The position numbers and the translations under genes were made by a program. Below the pieces are notes generated by a model that was not told the origin of the DNA, did not search any database, and saw only the letters and a program-made list of their open reading frames with translations. Positions 10,762 through 21,210 of a stretch of 64,000 nt of DNA are shown piece by piece. The stretch lies in NCBI GenBank assembly GCA_051005175.1, contig JBPCJP010000171.1, positions 4,564 through 68,563 of the forward strand, written 5' to 3'. The stretch's first letter is position 1, and each line of letters starts with the position of its first letter. This DNA is from Gemmatimonadaceae bacterium. GTDB lineage: Bacteria; Gemmatimonadota; Gemmatimonadetes; Gemmatimonadales; Gemmatimonadaceae.

Positions 10762-11880
10762 ATGAAACTCGGACTCGGGCTTTACCGCGGTCTCCTGACT
10801 GAGGACAACTTCAACTTCGCCAAACAGGCAGGGGTCACGCATCTCGTTGTCCATCTGGTGGACTACTTCAAGGGCTCCAACCCGACCCTTTCAAGCGGCG
10901 CGCCGAATATGGGATGGGGGATTACCCGGAATCAGGACAGATTCTGGGAGTATGACGATCTGGCCGCTCTCAAGAAGTCGATCGAAGCGAGCGGTCTGAC
11001 CTGGGAGGCAATCGAGAATTTCGATCCTGCGCACTGGTATGACATCCTGCTCGACGGGCCCCGCAAGTCAGAGCAGCTGGAGCGACTCAAGCGGACGATC
11101 CAGGTCATTGGCCGAGCGGGCATTCCGATCATGGGTTACAACTTCAGTGTTGCCGGAGTGTGGGGCTGGACGAAAGGTCCGTTTGGCCGGGGCAATGCCA
11201 TGGCGGTGCGGTATGACGAGTCCATGATTGATACAGCCCTTCCGATGCCAAACGGCATGGTATGGAACATGGTGTACGATCCCGAAGCACTCGACGGTAA
11301 CGTACCGGGCGTTGGCACCGAAGAACTCTGGCAGCGTTACGAGTGGTTCCTCTCGCAGATAGTTCCGGTGGCGGAAGAGAGCGGAGTGAAGCTTGCGCTC
11401 CACCCCGACGATCCGCCGGCGGAAGCATTGCGTGGAGCTGCGCGCCTTGTAAACGAGCCCGACAAGTACCAGCGTGTACTCGATATGGTTCCGAGTCCCT
11501 GTAACACACTCGAGTTCTGTCTTGGGTCGCTCCAGGAAATGAGGGACGGGGACGTGTACGAGGCGATCCGTCATTACGGACGGCAGGGCAAGATCGGCTA
11601 CGTTCATTTCAGGAACGTCCGAGGGAAGGTCCCTTCGTATCAGGAGGTTTTTGTTGACGAGGGGGACCTCGACATGATCCGCGCGGTACAGACGCTTCGC
11701 GAGATCGGCTACGATGGGGTTCTCATTCCCGATCACACGCCGGAGATGAGCTGCGGTGCGCCCTGGCACGCGGGCATGGCGTACGCCCTCGGCTACATCC
11801 GGGCTGCGATCCAGGCGGTGGACCGGCTCTCGCCCGCCGCAGTTTTGCAGGATTCCGCGACGGCTTCTGCTGTCGCGTGA
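10762..11880 (+). CDS. uxuA: Mannonate dehydratase
   Basis: YNF, LALHPDDPP, FCLGSL, HFRNVRG, IPDHTP, AYALGYI motifs. Confidence 0.88.
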   Translation: MKLGLGLYRGLLTEDNFNFAKQAGVTHLVVHLVDYFKGSNPTLSSGAPNMGWGITRNQDRFWEYDDLAALKKSIEASGLTWEAIENFDPAHWYDILLDGPRKSEQLERLKRTIQVIGRAGIPIMGYNFSVAGVWGWTKGPFGRGNAMAVRYDESMIDTALPMPNGMVWNMVYDPEALDGNVPGVGTEELWQRYEWFLSQIVPVAEESGVKLALHPDDPPAEALRGAARLVNEPDKYQRVLDMVPSPCNTLEFCLGSLQEMRDGDVYEAIRHYGRQGKIGYVHFRNVRGKVPSYQEVFVDEGDLDMIRAVQTLREIGYDGVLIPDHTPEMSCGAPWHAGMAYALGYIRAAIQAVDRLSPAAVLQDSATASAVA

Positions 11881-13331
11881 CGGCTCCCATGAACGGCGGG
11901 ACAGATGCGTTCGTCCTGGACGACGACCGGTTCTTCGATCCGGATCCAGTGGTGCGCGAGATTGCGAGATACCTGTACAATAGTGTTCGCGACCTGCCGC
12001 TGATCTGTCCGCACGGCCACGTGGACCCGGCCATTCTGTCCTCCAATGAACCGTTTCCGGACCCCGTGGCTCTCCTGATCACGCCCGACCACTACATCCT
12101 GCGAATGCTCTACTCACAGGGCGTTCCGCTCGAGTCGTTGGGGATCGAGGCGACGGATGCCCGCGAGGTCGAAAGCGATCCGAAAAGAATCTGGCAGAGA
12201 TTCGCTGACTGCTACTATCTGTTTCGCGGTACACCCACAAAAGCCTGGCTCGACTACCAGCTGGCTGAGGTCTTTCAAGTAACCAGACCGCTCGATGGCT
12301 CTACCGCGGGTCAGGTTTACGGGGAGATATGCGAAAGACTTTCCTCACCCGAGTTCAGACCCCGAGCTCTCTTCGATCTGTTCAACATCGAAGTACTGGC
12401 GACGACCGACAAGGCGGCCGATCCTCTCGATCATCATCAAGCTATCCGGAAGTCGGAATGGGGCGGCAGGGTAATTCCCACTTTCCGACCCGATTCGCTC
12501 TTTGCAATTTCGGCCGCTGGTTGGATGGACGAGCTGGAAGCGCTATCAGCTGCGGCGGACGTTGCCGTCACTGACGCGAAGTCCTTCCTGGAGGCAATAG
12601 CCGTGCGCCGTTCGTTCTTCAGGTCGATGGGCGCGACCGCCACCGACCACGGCGTGGATTCGGCATACACAGAGCGCCTCGCCTCACCGGACCTGGAGGT
12701 GGTATTCGAGCGCGCTCTCGACAAGAGTGCCACCGTGGCCGATCAGGTGCGATTCGAGGCGCACATGCTGATGGAGATGGCTGAGATGTCTCTGCACGAC
12801 GGCCTCGTCATGCAGATCCACCCGGGAGTGCTTCGTAATCACAATTCCGGGTTCAGCGAACGTTTCGGACCCGACAAGGGGTGCGACATTCCCGTGGTTC
12901 ATGAATACACCCGCAATCTTCGCCCACTCCTCACGGAATACGGCAACAACGCGGACTTCACCCTGGTCCTGTTCACGCTGGACGAGTCTACGTACTCGCG
13001 TGAGCTCGCGCCTCTTGCTGGTCACTACCCGGCGGTTCGGCTCGGCCCGCCGTGGTGGTTCAACGACTCGATAGAGGGAATGCGTCGGTTCAGGGAACAC
13101 ACAACCGAAACCGCGGGGATCTACAACACAGCCGGCTTCAACGACGACACACGGGCTTTCTGTTCGATCCCCGCGAGACACGATCTTTCGCGAAGGATGG
13201 ACTCCAACTTTCTCGCCCGCCTGGTAGCTACGCACGTAATACCGAAGGCCGATGCGCTTGAGATGGCACACTCGCTGGCATACGGTCTGGCGAAGAGCAC
13301 TTACAAGCTGGATGCCGGAGCAAAGGCATGA
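11877..13331 (+). CDS. uxaC: Glucuronate (uronate) isomerase
   Basis: PHGHVDP, PDHYILRML, TFRPD, PPWWFND, GFNDDTRAFCSIPARHD. Confidence 0.95.
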   Translation: MTAPMNGGTDAFVLDDDRFFDPDPVVREIARYLYNSVRDLPLICPHGHVDPAILSSNEPFPDPVALLITPDHYILRMLYSQGVPLESLGIEATDAREVESDPKRIWQRFADCYYLFRGTPTKAWLDYQLAEVFQVTRPLDGSTAGQVYGEICERLSSPEFRPRALFDLFNIEVLATTDKAADPLDHHQAIRKSEWGGRVIPTFRPDSLFAISAAGWMDELEALSAAADVAVTDAKSFLEAIAVRRSFFRSMGATATDHGVDSAYTERLASPDLEVVFERALDKSATVADQVRFEAHMLMEMAEMSLHDGLVMQIHPGVLRNHNSGFSERFGPDKGCDIPVVHEYTRNLRPLLTEYGNNADFTLVLFTLDESTYSRELAPLAGHYPAVRLGPPWWFNDSIEGMRRFREHTTETAGIYNTAGFNDDTRAFCSIPARHDLSRRMDSNFLARLVATHVIPKADALEMAHSLAYGLAKSTYKLDAGAKA

Positions 13332-13993
13332 CGCTCCCCTCACCCGCGGGGCTCGCTACGACCATCAAGGGACTCGGGATCATTCCTGTCGTCGTCATTG
13401 ATGACCCGGATGCGGCTCTACCCTTGGCAGCGGCCCTGGTGGAAGGCGGATTACCGTGCGCAGAGATCACGCTGCGAACTTCGGGAGCGCTCGATGCGCT
13501 CGGTATCATCGCTCGCGAATATCCGGAAATGCTGGTAGGCGCGGGCACGGTCCTGAACAGGAGCCAGGCGCAACAGGCACACGAATCGGGAGCGCAGTTC
13601 ATCGTCTCTCCCGGCTTCAGCGGGCCAGTTGTGGAGTACTGCCAGGAGAACGGGATCGCCGTGTTTCCGGGCGCCAGTACGCCTACCGAAATAATGACGG
13701 CACTCGATGCGGGGATCACCGTCCTCAAGTTCTTCCCGGCCGAGGCAATGGGAGGAGTCGCGATCCTGAGGGCAGTCTCGGCTGTTTTCGGGCAGGTGGA
13801 GTTCATGCCCACTGGAGGCATCAGCAGTCGAAACCTTGCCGATTACCTGAGTGTTCCGGGTGTCATCGCATGCGGCGGATCATGGATGGTTTCGTCTCCG
13901 TGGATCAGGGAAGGCCAGTTCGACCAGATAGCCCAGGCCGCGCGCGACGCACGCGCGCTCGTCACCTCTCACCGCAGCGGAAGCCGGCCATGA
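13328..13993 (+). CDS. eda: KDPG/KHG aldolase
   Basis: EITLRT, GAGTVL, FIVSPG, TPTEI, LKFFPA, FMPTGGI. Confidence 0.95.
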   Translation: MTLPSPAGLATTIKGLGIIPVVVIDDPDAALPLAAALVEGGLPCAEITLRTSGALDALGIIAREYPEMLVGAGTVLNRSQAQQAHESGAQFIVSPGFSGPVVEYCQENGIAVFPGASTPTEIMTALDAGITVLKFFPAEAMGGVAILRAVSAVFGQVEFMPTGGISSRNLADYLSVPGVIACGGSWMVSSPWIREGQFDQIAQAARDARALVTSHRSGSRP

Positions 13994-15018
13994 AACGCAT
14001 TGTGACGTTTGGCGAGATCATGCTCCGGCTCAAATCCCCAGGCGCCGAGAAGTTGCTTCAATCCCCGCACCTGGAGGCGACGTTTGGTGGCGCAGAGGCG
14101 AATGTCGCAGTGTCACTCGCCCAGTTCGGGCTGCCGGTCACGTTTGTATCTGCACTTCCGGCAAATCAGATAGGGGACGCGTGCATAGCCGATCTCCGGT
14201 CGTTTGGCGTTGATACGGGGAGTATTGCCAGGCAGGGTGACCGTATCGGAGTGTATTTCCTTGAGTCCGGAGCCAACCAGCGTCCGTCCAGAGTTGTTTA
14301 CGATCGGGCAGGATCGTCCATGGCGACAGCGAAGCGGGGCGACTTCGACTGGGACGTAATTCTCGAAGGAGCGGCCTGGTTTCACATCAGTGGTGTCACT
14401 CCCGCCATCAGCGCCTCGGCGGCCGAGCTGGCAATGGAAGGCGCATCGGCAGCACGACAGCGGGGGATCACGGTGTCCTGCGACTACAACTACAGGAAGA
14501 ACCTGTGGCGGTATGGAAAAAAGGCGCCCGAGGTAATGCGCGACCTGGTGCGCATGATCAACATCGGGATAGCCAATGAGGAAGACTGCCAGCTCGCGCT
14601 GGGAATTGACTCAGGGGGAAGTGCACCGCCAGGGTCGCTCGACAGTGTCAGATATCGGATGACAGCCGAGCGCGTGCTCGATGAGTTCCCGAATCTTGAC
14701 AAGCAGGTAATCACGCTTCGAGAGAGTCACAGTGCCAGTCACAACGGCTGGTCGGCCGTGCTTCACAATCGCTCGAGCTTTCTGGCAAGCAGGACGTACG
14801 AGATAACCGACATCGTGGACCGCGTGGGCGCCGGTGACTCGTTTGCGGCGGGACTGATCTACGGCCTGATCGAATACCAGGATGATGCGCGCGCGCTCGA
14901 GTTTGCCGCCGCGGCCTCGTGCCTCAAGCATTCGGTTGCAGGCGATTACAACCGTGCGGGAGTCGCCGACGTCGAGAGTCTGATAGAAGGCGATGGAAGC
15001 GGGAGGGTGCAGCGATGA
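13990..15018 (+). CDS. kdgK: 2-keto-3-deoxygluconate kinase (PfkB family)
   Basis: True start MKRIVTFGEIMLRL (ATG 13990 overlapping eda stop, ATGA); GGAEANVA, DRVGAGDSFAAG. Confidence 0.92.
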   Translation: MKRIVTFGEIMLRLKSPGAEKLLQSPHLEATFGGAEANVAVSLAQFGLPVTFVSALPANQIGDACIADLRSFGVDTGSIARQGDRIGVYFLESGANQRPSRVVYDRAGSSMATAKRGDFDWDVILEGAAWFHISGVTPAISASAAELAMEGASAARQRGITVSCDYNYRKNLWRYGKKAPEVMRDLVRMINIGIANEEDCQLALGIDSGGSAPPGSLDSVRYRMTAERVLDEFPNLDKQVITLRESHSASHNGWSAVLHNRSSFLASRTYEITDIVDRVGAGDSFAAGLIYGLIEYQDDARALEFAAAASCLKHSVAGDYNRAGVADVESLIEGDGSGRVQR

Positions 15019-16295
15019 GGAGCAGATTCAGATGGACAATCGCGGCGCTCCTATTCTTTGCAACGACCATCAACTACATCGACAGGCAGGTTCTGGGGAT
15101 ACTTGCCCCGACGCTTCAGGCGGAGCTGGGTTGGACAGATGTGGACTACGGTGTGATAGTGTCGTGGTTTACTCTCGCCTACGCCATCGGCTACCTCGGC
15201 ATCGGAAGGCTTCTCGACCGGGTTGGTACGCGGGTTGGCTTCGCGATGTCAGTGACGATCTGGAGCATCGCCGCGATGGCGCATTCTCTCGTGACTTCGG
15301 CGGCCGGCTTCGGGGTTGCGCGGTTTGCCCTAGGGCTCGGAGAGGCCGGCAATTTTCCCGCTTCGATCAAGGCTGTTGCACAGTGGTTCCCGGCGAGGGA
15401 GCGGGCACTCGCCACTGGCATTTTCAACGCGGGCTCCAATGTCGGTGCGCTCGTCACTCCGATTATCGTGCCGATCATCGCGATTGCCTGGGGGTGGCGT
15501 GCCGCCTTCATTATTACGGGATCGCTCGGATTCATCTGGCTGATATTCTGGCTGGCACTCTTTCGGTCTCCCGAGAACCATCCGCGCGTCTCTCCTGAAG
15601 AGCTCGCGTTGATCCAGAGCGAGCCCATTGAATCCACTGCGGCAGTTCCGTGGCTGAGCGTGCTGCGTTACCGCCAGACTTGGGCATTCATTGCAGGCAA
15701 GCTGATCACCGATCCGGTGTGGTGGTTCTATCTCTTCTGGCTGCCGAAGTTTCTCGACGCCCGCTATGGAGTGACGCTCGCCAAGCTGGCGCTTCCACTC
15801 GTCGTGATATATCTGCTCGCAGATGTCGGTTCGGTGGGGGGAGGATGGCTGAGCGGCTTCTTCATCAGGAGAGGCTGGTCAATAAATCGCGCACGAAAGA
15901 CGACGATGCTGATCGCAGCGGTGGCGATTGTTCCGACTGTCTTTGCCGGATCCGCACCGGGTCTCTGGTCGACAGTTGCGCTCGTTGCCCTCGCGGCTGC
16001 GATGCATCAATGGTGGTCAACGAACCTGTTCACGCTGCCGGGCGACATGTTTCCCCAGCGGGCCATCGGAACCGTGGTTGGAATGGGCGGCTTCGCCGGC
16101 GCGGCGAGCGGATTTTTCTTTCAGCGGGCCGTGGGAAATCTTCTGGAGTCAAACGGGCACAACTATGCCCCCGTGTTCTTCTTCTGCGGCCTCGCCTATG
16201 TCACCGCGCTCGGCGTGATTCACCTTCTGGTACCGCGCATGAGTAAGGCTGTCTTTGTCGACGCTCCTCCACGCCAGAGCTTGCCGGTTAGTTGA
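15015..16295 (+). CDS. exuT: MFS hexuronate transporter
   Basis: ATGA overlap with kdgK; RWTIAALLFFATTINYIDRQ, GEAGNFP, WFPARERALATGIFNAG, DPVWWFYLFWLP. Confidence 0.88.
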   Translation: MRSRFRWTIAALLFFATTINYIDRQVLGILAPTLQAELGWTDVDYGVIVSWFTLAYAIGYLGIGRLLDRVGTRVGFAMSVTIWSIAAMAHSLVTSAAGFGVARFALGLGEAGNFPASIKAVAQWFPARERALATGIFNAGSNVGALVTPIIVPIIAIAWGWRAAFIITGSLGFIWLIFWLALFRSPENHPRVSPEELALIQSEPIESTAAVPWLSVLRYRQTWAFIAGKLITDPVWWFYLFWLPKFLDARYGVTLAKLALPLVVIYLLADVGSVGGGWLSGFFIRRGWSINRARKTTMLIAAVAIVPTVFAGSAPGLWSTVALVALAAAMHQWWSTNLFTLPGDMFPQRAIGTVVGMGGFAGAASGFFFQRAVGNLLESNGHNYAPVFFFCGLAYVTALGVIHLLVPRMSKAVFVDAPPRQSLPVS

Positions 16296-17604
16296 TTCCC
16301 AGCTTTGCCAGTAACCACTGCCTTGTACGCTTGTCCTGTGCGGGCACCGTGAAGTGGCCCGCCTCCGGTGCGATTATCAGTTCTTTCGGAGCGCGAATGA
16401 GGTTGTAGAAAGCGTATGCAGAAGTTGGCGGCACGGTGTTGTCGTTGTAGCCCCATGTATAAATGCCGGGAACTGTCAGCAGACGCGCAAAGTTGACGGT
16501 GTCATAGTAGCGGAGTGTCTCCTCTTTCTCGGGAAGCGCCCTCATGCCGGATGTATCGGCGAAGATATGGGGCCACCCGCCCGGCCTGCCGGAGAAGTAG
16601 GCGAAGTGATCCGACAGAGCGGGATGATTTGCGGAGATCGCCTTTACCCGCTTATCCAGGGCGCCTGCGACGATTGCGAGTGCTCCGCCCTGGCTTCCGC
16701 CCTGCACCACGTAGTTGGCGCCGTCGAACCTGGGAAGACTGAAAATGAAGTCGCCTGCACGGACCACACCGGCGAATACGCGCTTGTAGTAGTAGGTGTC
16801 GCGGCTCTCTATTCCAAACTTCCAGTACCCGTCGAGGGCCGTGGCGCGCAGTTCACTATATAGTAGTGAATCGCGGTCCACAGGAATGCCGTGAATCCCG
16901 AGGCGCAGGTGAATCACTCCGAGACGCGCCATTGCCGTGTCGGGAAAGTAGGGCCGAACGCCCGCTCCAGGCACAACGAGAATGGCGGGCAACTTTCCCG
17001 GTCGAGTGGGAACCGAGAGCATTCCATACAGCCTGCTCCGCTCCCGATCGTTCTGAAATGAGACGTGATAAACGTCAACGGCAGGATTGGACCATTTCGG
17101 GAGGCGCGTCATCACCGGCTTGAGGGGCACTTGGCGCGCCGCTTCGATCGTGCGCGCCCAGAACTCCTCGAAGTCCGCAGGCATGGTTGTCACAGGCGTG
17201 ATCGTCTCGGGACTGAACGCTGCTGTTGCCATGCCGCGGTAGGTTGCGCTGTCGATCATCGCGGTGGCATTAGCGCGGAGGAAGCCTGCGTCGGAGCGAG
17301 TGGCCTTGAGAACCTGGGCACCGGTCGAAAATCGCAGAGTGTCCGTGCGGATCGGCTTCATTCGCTCGGCCCCGATCTCGACGATCGCTCGCGAACCGGC
17401 AATCGTGCGGCCGGAGCGACTGAAGCTCACCCTGAAGCGGGCTGTATCGCCGAGGTTGTACCTCCAATCCGAGCGGTCCAGTGTGACATCGAGCCTGGTT
17501 GTAGCGGTATCCTCAGCCTGTGCTGCCGCCGCTACAGGAGGAGCCAGAAGAACCATGGCGAGCGCAAGTTTACCCGTTGCAAGCATGATCAAACCTGCAC
17601 TCAT
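16288..17604 (-). CDS. Acetylxylan esterase-like carbohydrate esterase (CE7-like), secreted; start uncertain
   Basis: PADFEEFW, GGSQGG nucleophile elbow, LRYYDTVNFA, GYNDNTVPP, C-terminal GH. Confidence 0.82.
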   Translation of the reverse strand: MSAGLIMLATGKLALAMVLLAPPVAAAAQAEDTATTRLDVTLDRSDWRYNLGDTARFRVSFSRSGRTIAGSRAIVEIGAERMKPIRTDTLRFSTGAQVLKATRSDAGFLRANATAMIDSATYRGMATAAFSPETITPVTTMPADFEEFWARTIEAARQVPLKPVMTRLPKWSNPAVDVYHVSFQNDRERSRLYGMLSVPTRPGKLPAILVVPGAGVRPYFPDTAMARLGVIHLRLGIHGIPVDRDSLLYSELRATALDGYWKFGIESRDTYYYKRVFAGVVRAGDFIFSLPRFDGANYVVQGGSQGGALAIVAGALDKRVKAISANHPALSDHFAYFSGRPGGWPHIFADTSGMRALPEKEETLRYYDTVNFARLLTVPGIYTWGYNDNTVPPTSAYAFYNLIRAPKELIIAPEAGHFTVPAQDKRTRQWLLAKLGIN

Positions 17605-17777
17605 ATCCTGAAGAATGTCTCTTTTTCTGGCAAAGGCATCGACCGGCTTCAGCACGACAAACTCGCCGCATATCGTTACGTCGAATTCGTAGGGCTCACC
17701 CGTTTCGGCGTCAGTCCACGGAAAACCGCTGCAAATCGTGGGATAGTAAGGCTTGTCATGCAGCGAGCAGCCTTAAG

Positions 17778-18437
17778 CTACTGACGGCCGTTGCCGGTTG
17801 CTGGCCCTGAAGCGCTCCTCCTGGCGAGAGCCCCGATCAAGTCGGTGAGGCCGGCACCGGCCGCACGCAGCGCCACCAGCACGTGATAAATGAGATCTGC
17901 AGCTTCCTCGATGGCCTGCTCGCGGTCCCCATCGGCGCACGCGACGGCAAGCTCGCCGGCTTCCTCGGTCAGCTTCTTTAACCGAAGGTTGCGGTCCGAT
18001 AGAAGGCGATGCGTGTAACTCGTGCTCGTCGAGGGCATTTCGCCGGCGCGACTGAGTATCACCTCGTCCAGCTCGCGGAGAGCATCGGAGCACGGAGCGG
18101 GTTGACCGAAACATGTCGCCTCCCCCGTGTGACATGAAGGACCGGCAGGAAATACCAGCGCGAGAACCGCGTCACCATCGCAATCGGCATAGAGGGCAGA
18201 AACTCGCTGAACGTTGCCGCTCGTACCTCCCTTATGCCATGGACCCCGCGCTCTCGACCTGTAGTGCATCTCGTTCGTCAGCAGTGTAGTCTCGAGCGCC
18301 TCGCGATCCGCATGCGCAACCATCAGCACGACGCCGCTCGAGGCATCCTGCGCTACGACCGTCACCAGTCCCGATCCTTTCCCGAAGTCGAGCGACTTCA
18401 AGTCCTCCGATGTTCGAAGCTCCCGGCGGGCACTCAT
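17778..18437 (-). CDS. hisIE: Bifunctional phosphoribosyl-AMP cyclohydrolase / phosphoribosyl-ATP pyrophosphatase
   Basis: WHKGGTSGNVQ, DCDGDA, GPSCHTGEATCF, SYT, KKLTEEAGE, EAADLIYH. Confidence 0.93.
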   Translation of the reverse strand: MSARRELRTSEDLKSLDFGKGSGLVTVVAQDASSGVVLMVAHADREALETTLLTNEMHYRSRARGPWHKGGTSGNVQRVSALYADCDGDAVLALVFPAGPSCHTGEATCFGQPAPCSDALRELDEVILSRAGEMPSTSTSYTHRLLSDRNLRLKKLTEEAGELAVACADGDREQAIEEAADLIYHVLVALRAAGAGLTDLIGALARRSASGPATGNGRQ

Positions 18438-19210
18438 GACGACGCCCCGCAAAGTTTACCGCGCACTACGCGGGACAACGCCGCATTCGTTGCGATGGCG
18501 TCGCCGCCGAAGGCGGTCGGCTGTCCTGTCCAATCAGTGAAGACTCCTCCCGCTTCCTCGATCACCGGGAGAAGGGCAGCCGCATCCCACGGCGACATGA
18601 CAGGATCCACCATGACGTCCGCCCTCCCCGTCGCGACCATAACGTATCCGAAGCAGTCTCCCCAGCCGCGGCATGACCCGGCTTCGGCGATGAGCGCATG
18701 AAGCCGCGGCAGCTTCTCCGGCGACGCCGCAAAACGGGCATCCGTCGTCAGCACGACGGCCCGCGAGAGATCATCAGTCGCCGAAACGCGCGTGCGCGAT
18801 CCGTTCCACCAGCTTCCCTCGGATCGCGCGGCACATACCATCTCGTCAGCTGCTGGACAGTAGACAGCACCCGCAAGGACCTCGTCACCCCGTGCTGCCG
18901 CGACAAGGGTGCCCCACAACGGCACCCCGCGAGCAAAACTTGCCGTTCCATCGATGGGATCGATGATCCAGCGGCGATCGGCATCACCGTTGTGAACGCC
19001 GAACTCCTCACCAAGAATACCATCTGCCGGAAACCGCTTCATGATCCAGTCGCGGGCGACACGTTCCGCCGACAGGTCGGCATTTGTGACGGGAGAGCCA
19101 TCGCGCTTGATGTTCACCTCGATTTCACCGCGATAATGGCGCATGGCCTCGTCTCCGGTCGCGCGCGCAACCTCCTCTACCGCCTGCAGCAGCATTTGAA
19201 GCTCAGACAT
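18434..19210 (-). CDS. hisN: Histidinol-phosphatase, inositol monophosphatase family
   Basis: GEEFG, WIIDPIDGT, WGDCFGY, WDAAA; inside his operon. Confidence 0.88.
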   Translation of the reverse strand: MSELQMLLQAVEEVARATGDEAMRHYRGEIEVNIKRDGSPVTNADLSAERVARDWIMKRFPADGILGEEFGVHNGDADRRWIIDPIDGTASFARGVPLWGTLVAAARGDEVLAGAVYCPAADEMVCAARSEGSWWNGSRTRVSATDDLSRAVVLTTDARFAASPEKLPRLHALIAEAGSCRGWGDCFGYVMVATGRADVMVDPVMSPWDAAALLPVIEEAGGVFTDWTGQPTAFGGDAIATNAALSRVVRGKLCGASS

Positions 19211-19973
19211 CCGCGGCTCCCCTCACTCGAAGTCCATTTGCCTTCATCTCGCCCTTGATCGAGGCGATAGTGGTGACACCATCGTGAATTATTCCGGCAA
19301 CGAGTGCCGCTTCGGCTTCCGCATCGCGAAGCACTGTGACAACGTGCTGAGCATTGCCGGCGCCACCTGAGGCTATGACAGGGATCCCCACAGCTCGCGT
19401 GACCGCGCTGGTCAGCCCGATATCATATCCCTCGCGGGTGCCGTCGCGATCGATGCTCGTCAACATTATCTCTCCCGCGCCGCACTCGGCACACTGCTCT
19501 GCCCAGGCAACTGCATCGAGATCCGTCTCGATGCTCCCTCCATGCGAATGGACACGCCACCCATCCTCCGCCTTCTTCGCGTCGATGCTCGCGACGACTG
19601 CCTGACGGCCGAAGCGCACAGCGCAGTCAGCGAGCAGCGCAGGACGAGCGACTGCGGCGGTATTGATGCTTACGCGGTCTGCGCCAGCGCGGAGAACCCG
19701 GGCGACGTCATCTGCCGTGCGCACTCCGCCGCCAACTGTCAGGGGAATGAACAGGCGCGCTGCTGTTCGACTGACCACGTCGACGAAGATTGCCCGCTCT
19801 TCGACGCTTGCCGAGACGTCGAGAAAAACAATTTCATCCGCCCCCTCGTTCTCGTACCGCTCGGCGAGGATTGCCGGATCGCCGACGTCCCGGAGATCGC
19901 GAAAGGAGACTCCCTTCACGACACGGTCGCCGCGAACGTCGAGGCAGACTATCAGTCGTCGCGACAGCATCAC
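19203..19973 (-). CDS. hisF: Imidazole glycerol phosphate synthase cyclase subunit
   Basis: [47 protein letters not shown]. Confidence 0.96.
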   Translation of the reverse strand: MMLSRRLIVCLDVRGDRVVKGVSFRDLRDVGDPAILAERYENEGADEIVFLDVSASVEERAIFVDVVSRTAARLFIPLTVGGGVRTADDVARVLRAGADRVSINTAAVARPALLADCAVRFGRQAVVASIDAKKAEDGWRVHSHGGSIETDLDAVAWAEQCAECGAGEIMLTSIDRDGTREGYDIGLTSAVTRAVGIPVIASGGAGNAQHVVTVLRDAEAEAALVAGIIHDGVTTIASIKGEMKANGLRVRGAADV

Positions 19974-20500
19974 CGGTATACCAGCGACACCGCGCCTTTT
20001 GTGCTGAACAGCGCTCCGCTCTCGACGAGCGCGTCACGAAGAGACAGGCCCAACGCCTTGAAGGCGGCCTCGACTATGTGATGCCGATCGTGTCCGCGCA
20101 GGACACGGAGGTGCAGGGTGGCTCCCGCGTTGTCCGCGAACGATCGCATGAAGTGATCGTACAGCGCCGATGGCAGCTTTCCTTCGTAGTAGGGACGGCC
20201 GCCCACGTCCAGCGAGCAGTGAACGAGCGCCTCATCCATCGGGATTGTACGATCGCCGTAGCGCGCTGCATCAGGGGGCGCTATTGCCGCGATCAGCTTG
20301 CCGAGCGTGATCGCCACATCCTCCACGAGATGATGGGTGAGATCGCCGCGGGCTTCCACCTGAAGATTGACCCCCGAGTAGCGCGCGAACGTCGCGAGCA
20401 TGTGATCGAGGAACTGATTCGTGGTCGCGATAGAAGTCGGCTCGCCAGTGCTGCCCATGAGGACATACGTCTCACGTGTTTCGCGTTCCAGTACGGTCAT
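19970..20500 (-). CDS. hisB: Imidazoleglycerol-phosphate dehydratase (short, monofunctional)
   Basis: RETRET, FLDHML, HHLVED, PMDEAL, HHIVEAAFKA, STKG. Confidence 0.93.
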   Translation of the reverse strand: MTVLERETRETYVLMGSTGEPTSIATTNQFLDHMLATFARYSGVNLQVEARGDLTHHLVEDVAITLGKLIAAIAPPDAARYGDRTIPMDEALVHCSLDVGGRPYYEGKLPSALYDHFMRSFADNAGATLHLRVLRGHDRHHIVEAAFKALGLSLRDALVESGALFSTKGAVSLVYR

Positions 20501-21210
20501 CGTCCAAACTCCATTGAAACAGTTACGGGATCGAGAGATCCCTGATAGAGGGCCATTCCAAGGATCGCCGAGCTGACATTGCGATCGGAAAGGATCCTGA
20601 GATCGCTGATGCTCGAGATTCCTCCGGCTGCCATCACGGGGTGCGATGTCAGCTTCAGGGTGCGATCGATCAGCGCGAGATCAGGCCCGAGCATCCTGCC
20701 TTCGACGTTCACGGAGGTCACGAGAACTCCGGCGAGCTGCAATCCGTCGAGCCTGCCGAGTGTCTCCTCGAAGGTGCCGGGTGCATTGCCTGACCAGCCC
20801 CTGACAAGGGGCCGGCCATCCCGCACGTCGGCGGCGACGATGATGCGCCCGGGGAAACGCTCACTCAGCGCCGCGACCCAGCCGGGGTCCTCGATTGCGC
20901 GCGTTCCCGCAACTACCCGGTCCGCGCCTGCACTCAGGAAGAACTCGACATCATCCTCAGTGCGCACTCCTCCGCCTACCTGAACTGTCGCCCCTCCGAT
21001 GGAAAGTATGGCGACGATGATGGCGCGGTTCGAGCCGATGCCGAGGGCCGCGTCGAGGTCGATTACGTGAAGGTGGGTGAAGCCGGCCGCGAGCCAGCGT
21101 TCGGCGACTGCAACGGGATCGGCGATGCGTATCCGCTCTTCGTCATATGAGCCGCCGACGAGCTGCACGCACGCGCCTTCGCGCAAGTCGATCGCCGGAA
21201 TCGCCATCAT
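20497..21210 (-). CDS. hisA: ProFAR isomerase
   Basis: IPAIDLREGACVQL, HVIDLDAA, VQVGGGVR, AAGGI, GMALY. Confidence 0.94.
   Translation of the reverse strand: MMAIPAIDLREGACVQLVGGSYDEERIRIADPVAVAERWLAAGFTHLHVIDLDAALGIGSNRAIIVAILSIGGATVQVGGGVRTEDDVEFFLSAGADRVVAGTRAIEDPGWVAALSERFPGRIIVAADVRDGRPLVRGWSGNAPGTFEETLGRLDGLQLAGVLVTSVNVEGRMLGPDLALIDRTLKLTSHPVMAAGGISSISDLRILSDRNVSSAILGMALYQGSLDPVTVSMEFGR

Noticed and set aside
13456-13989. N-terminal extension making a 520-aa KdgK
   Set aside because: Overlaps eda in another frame; the real start is ATG 13990.
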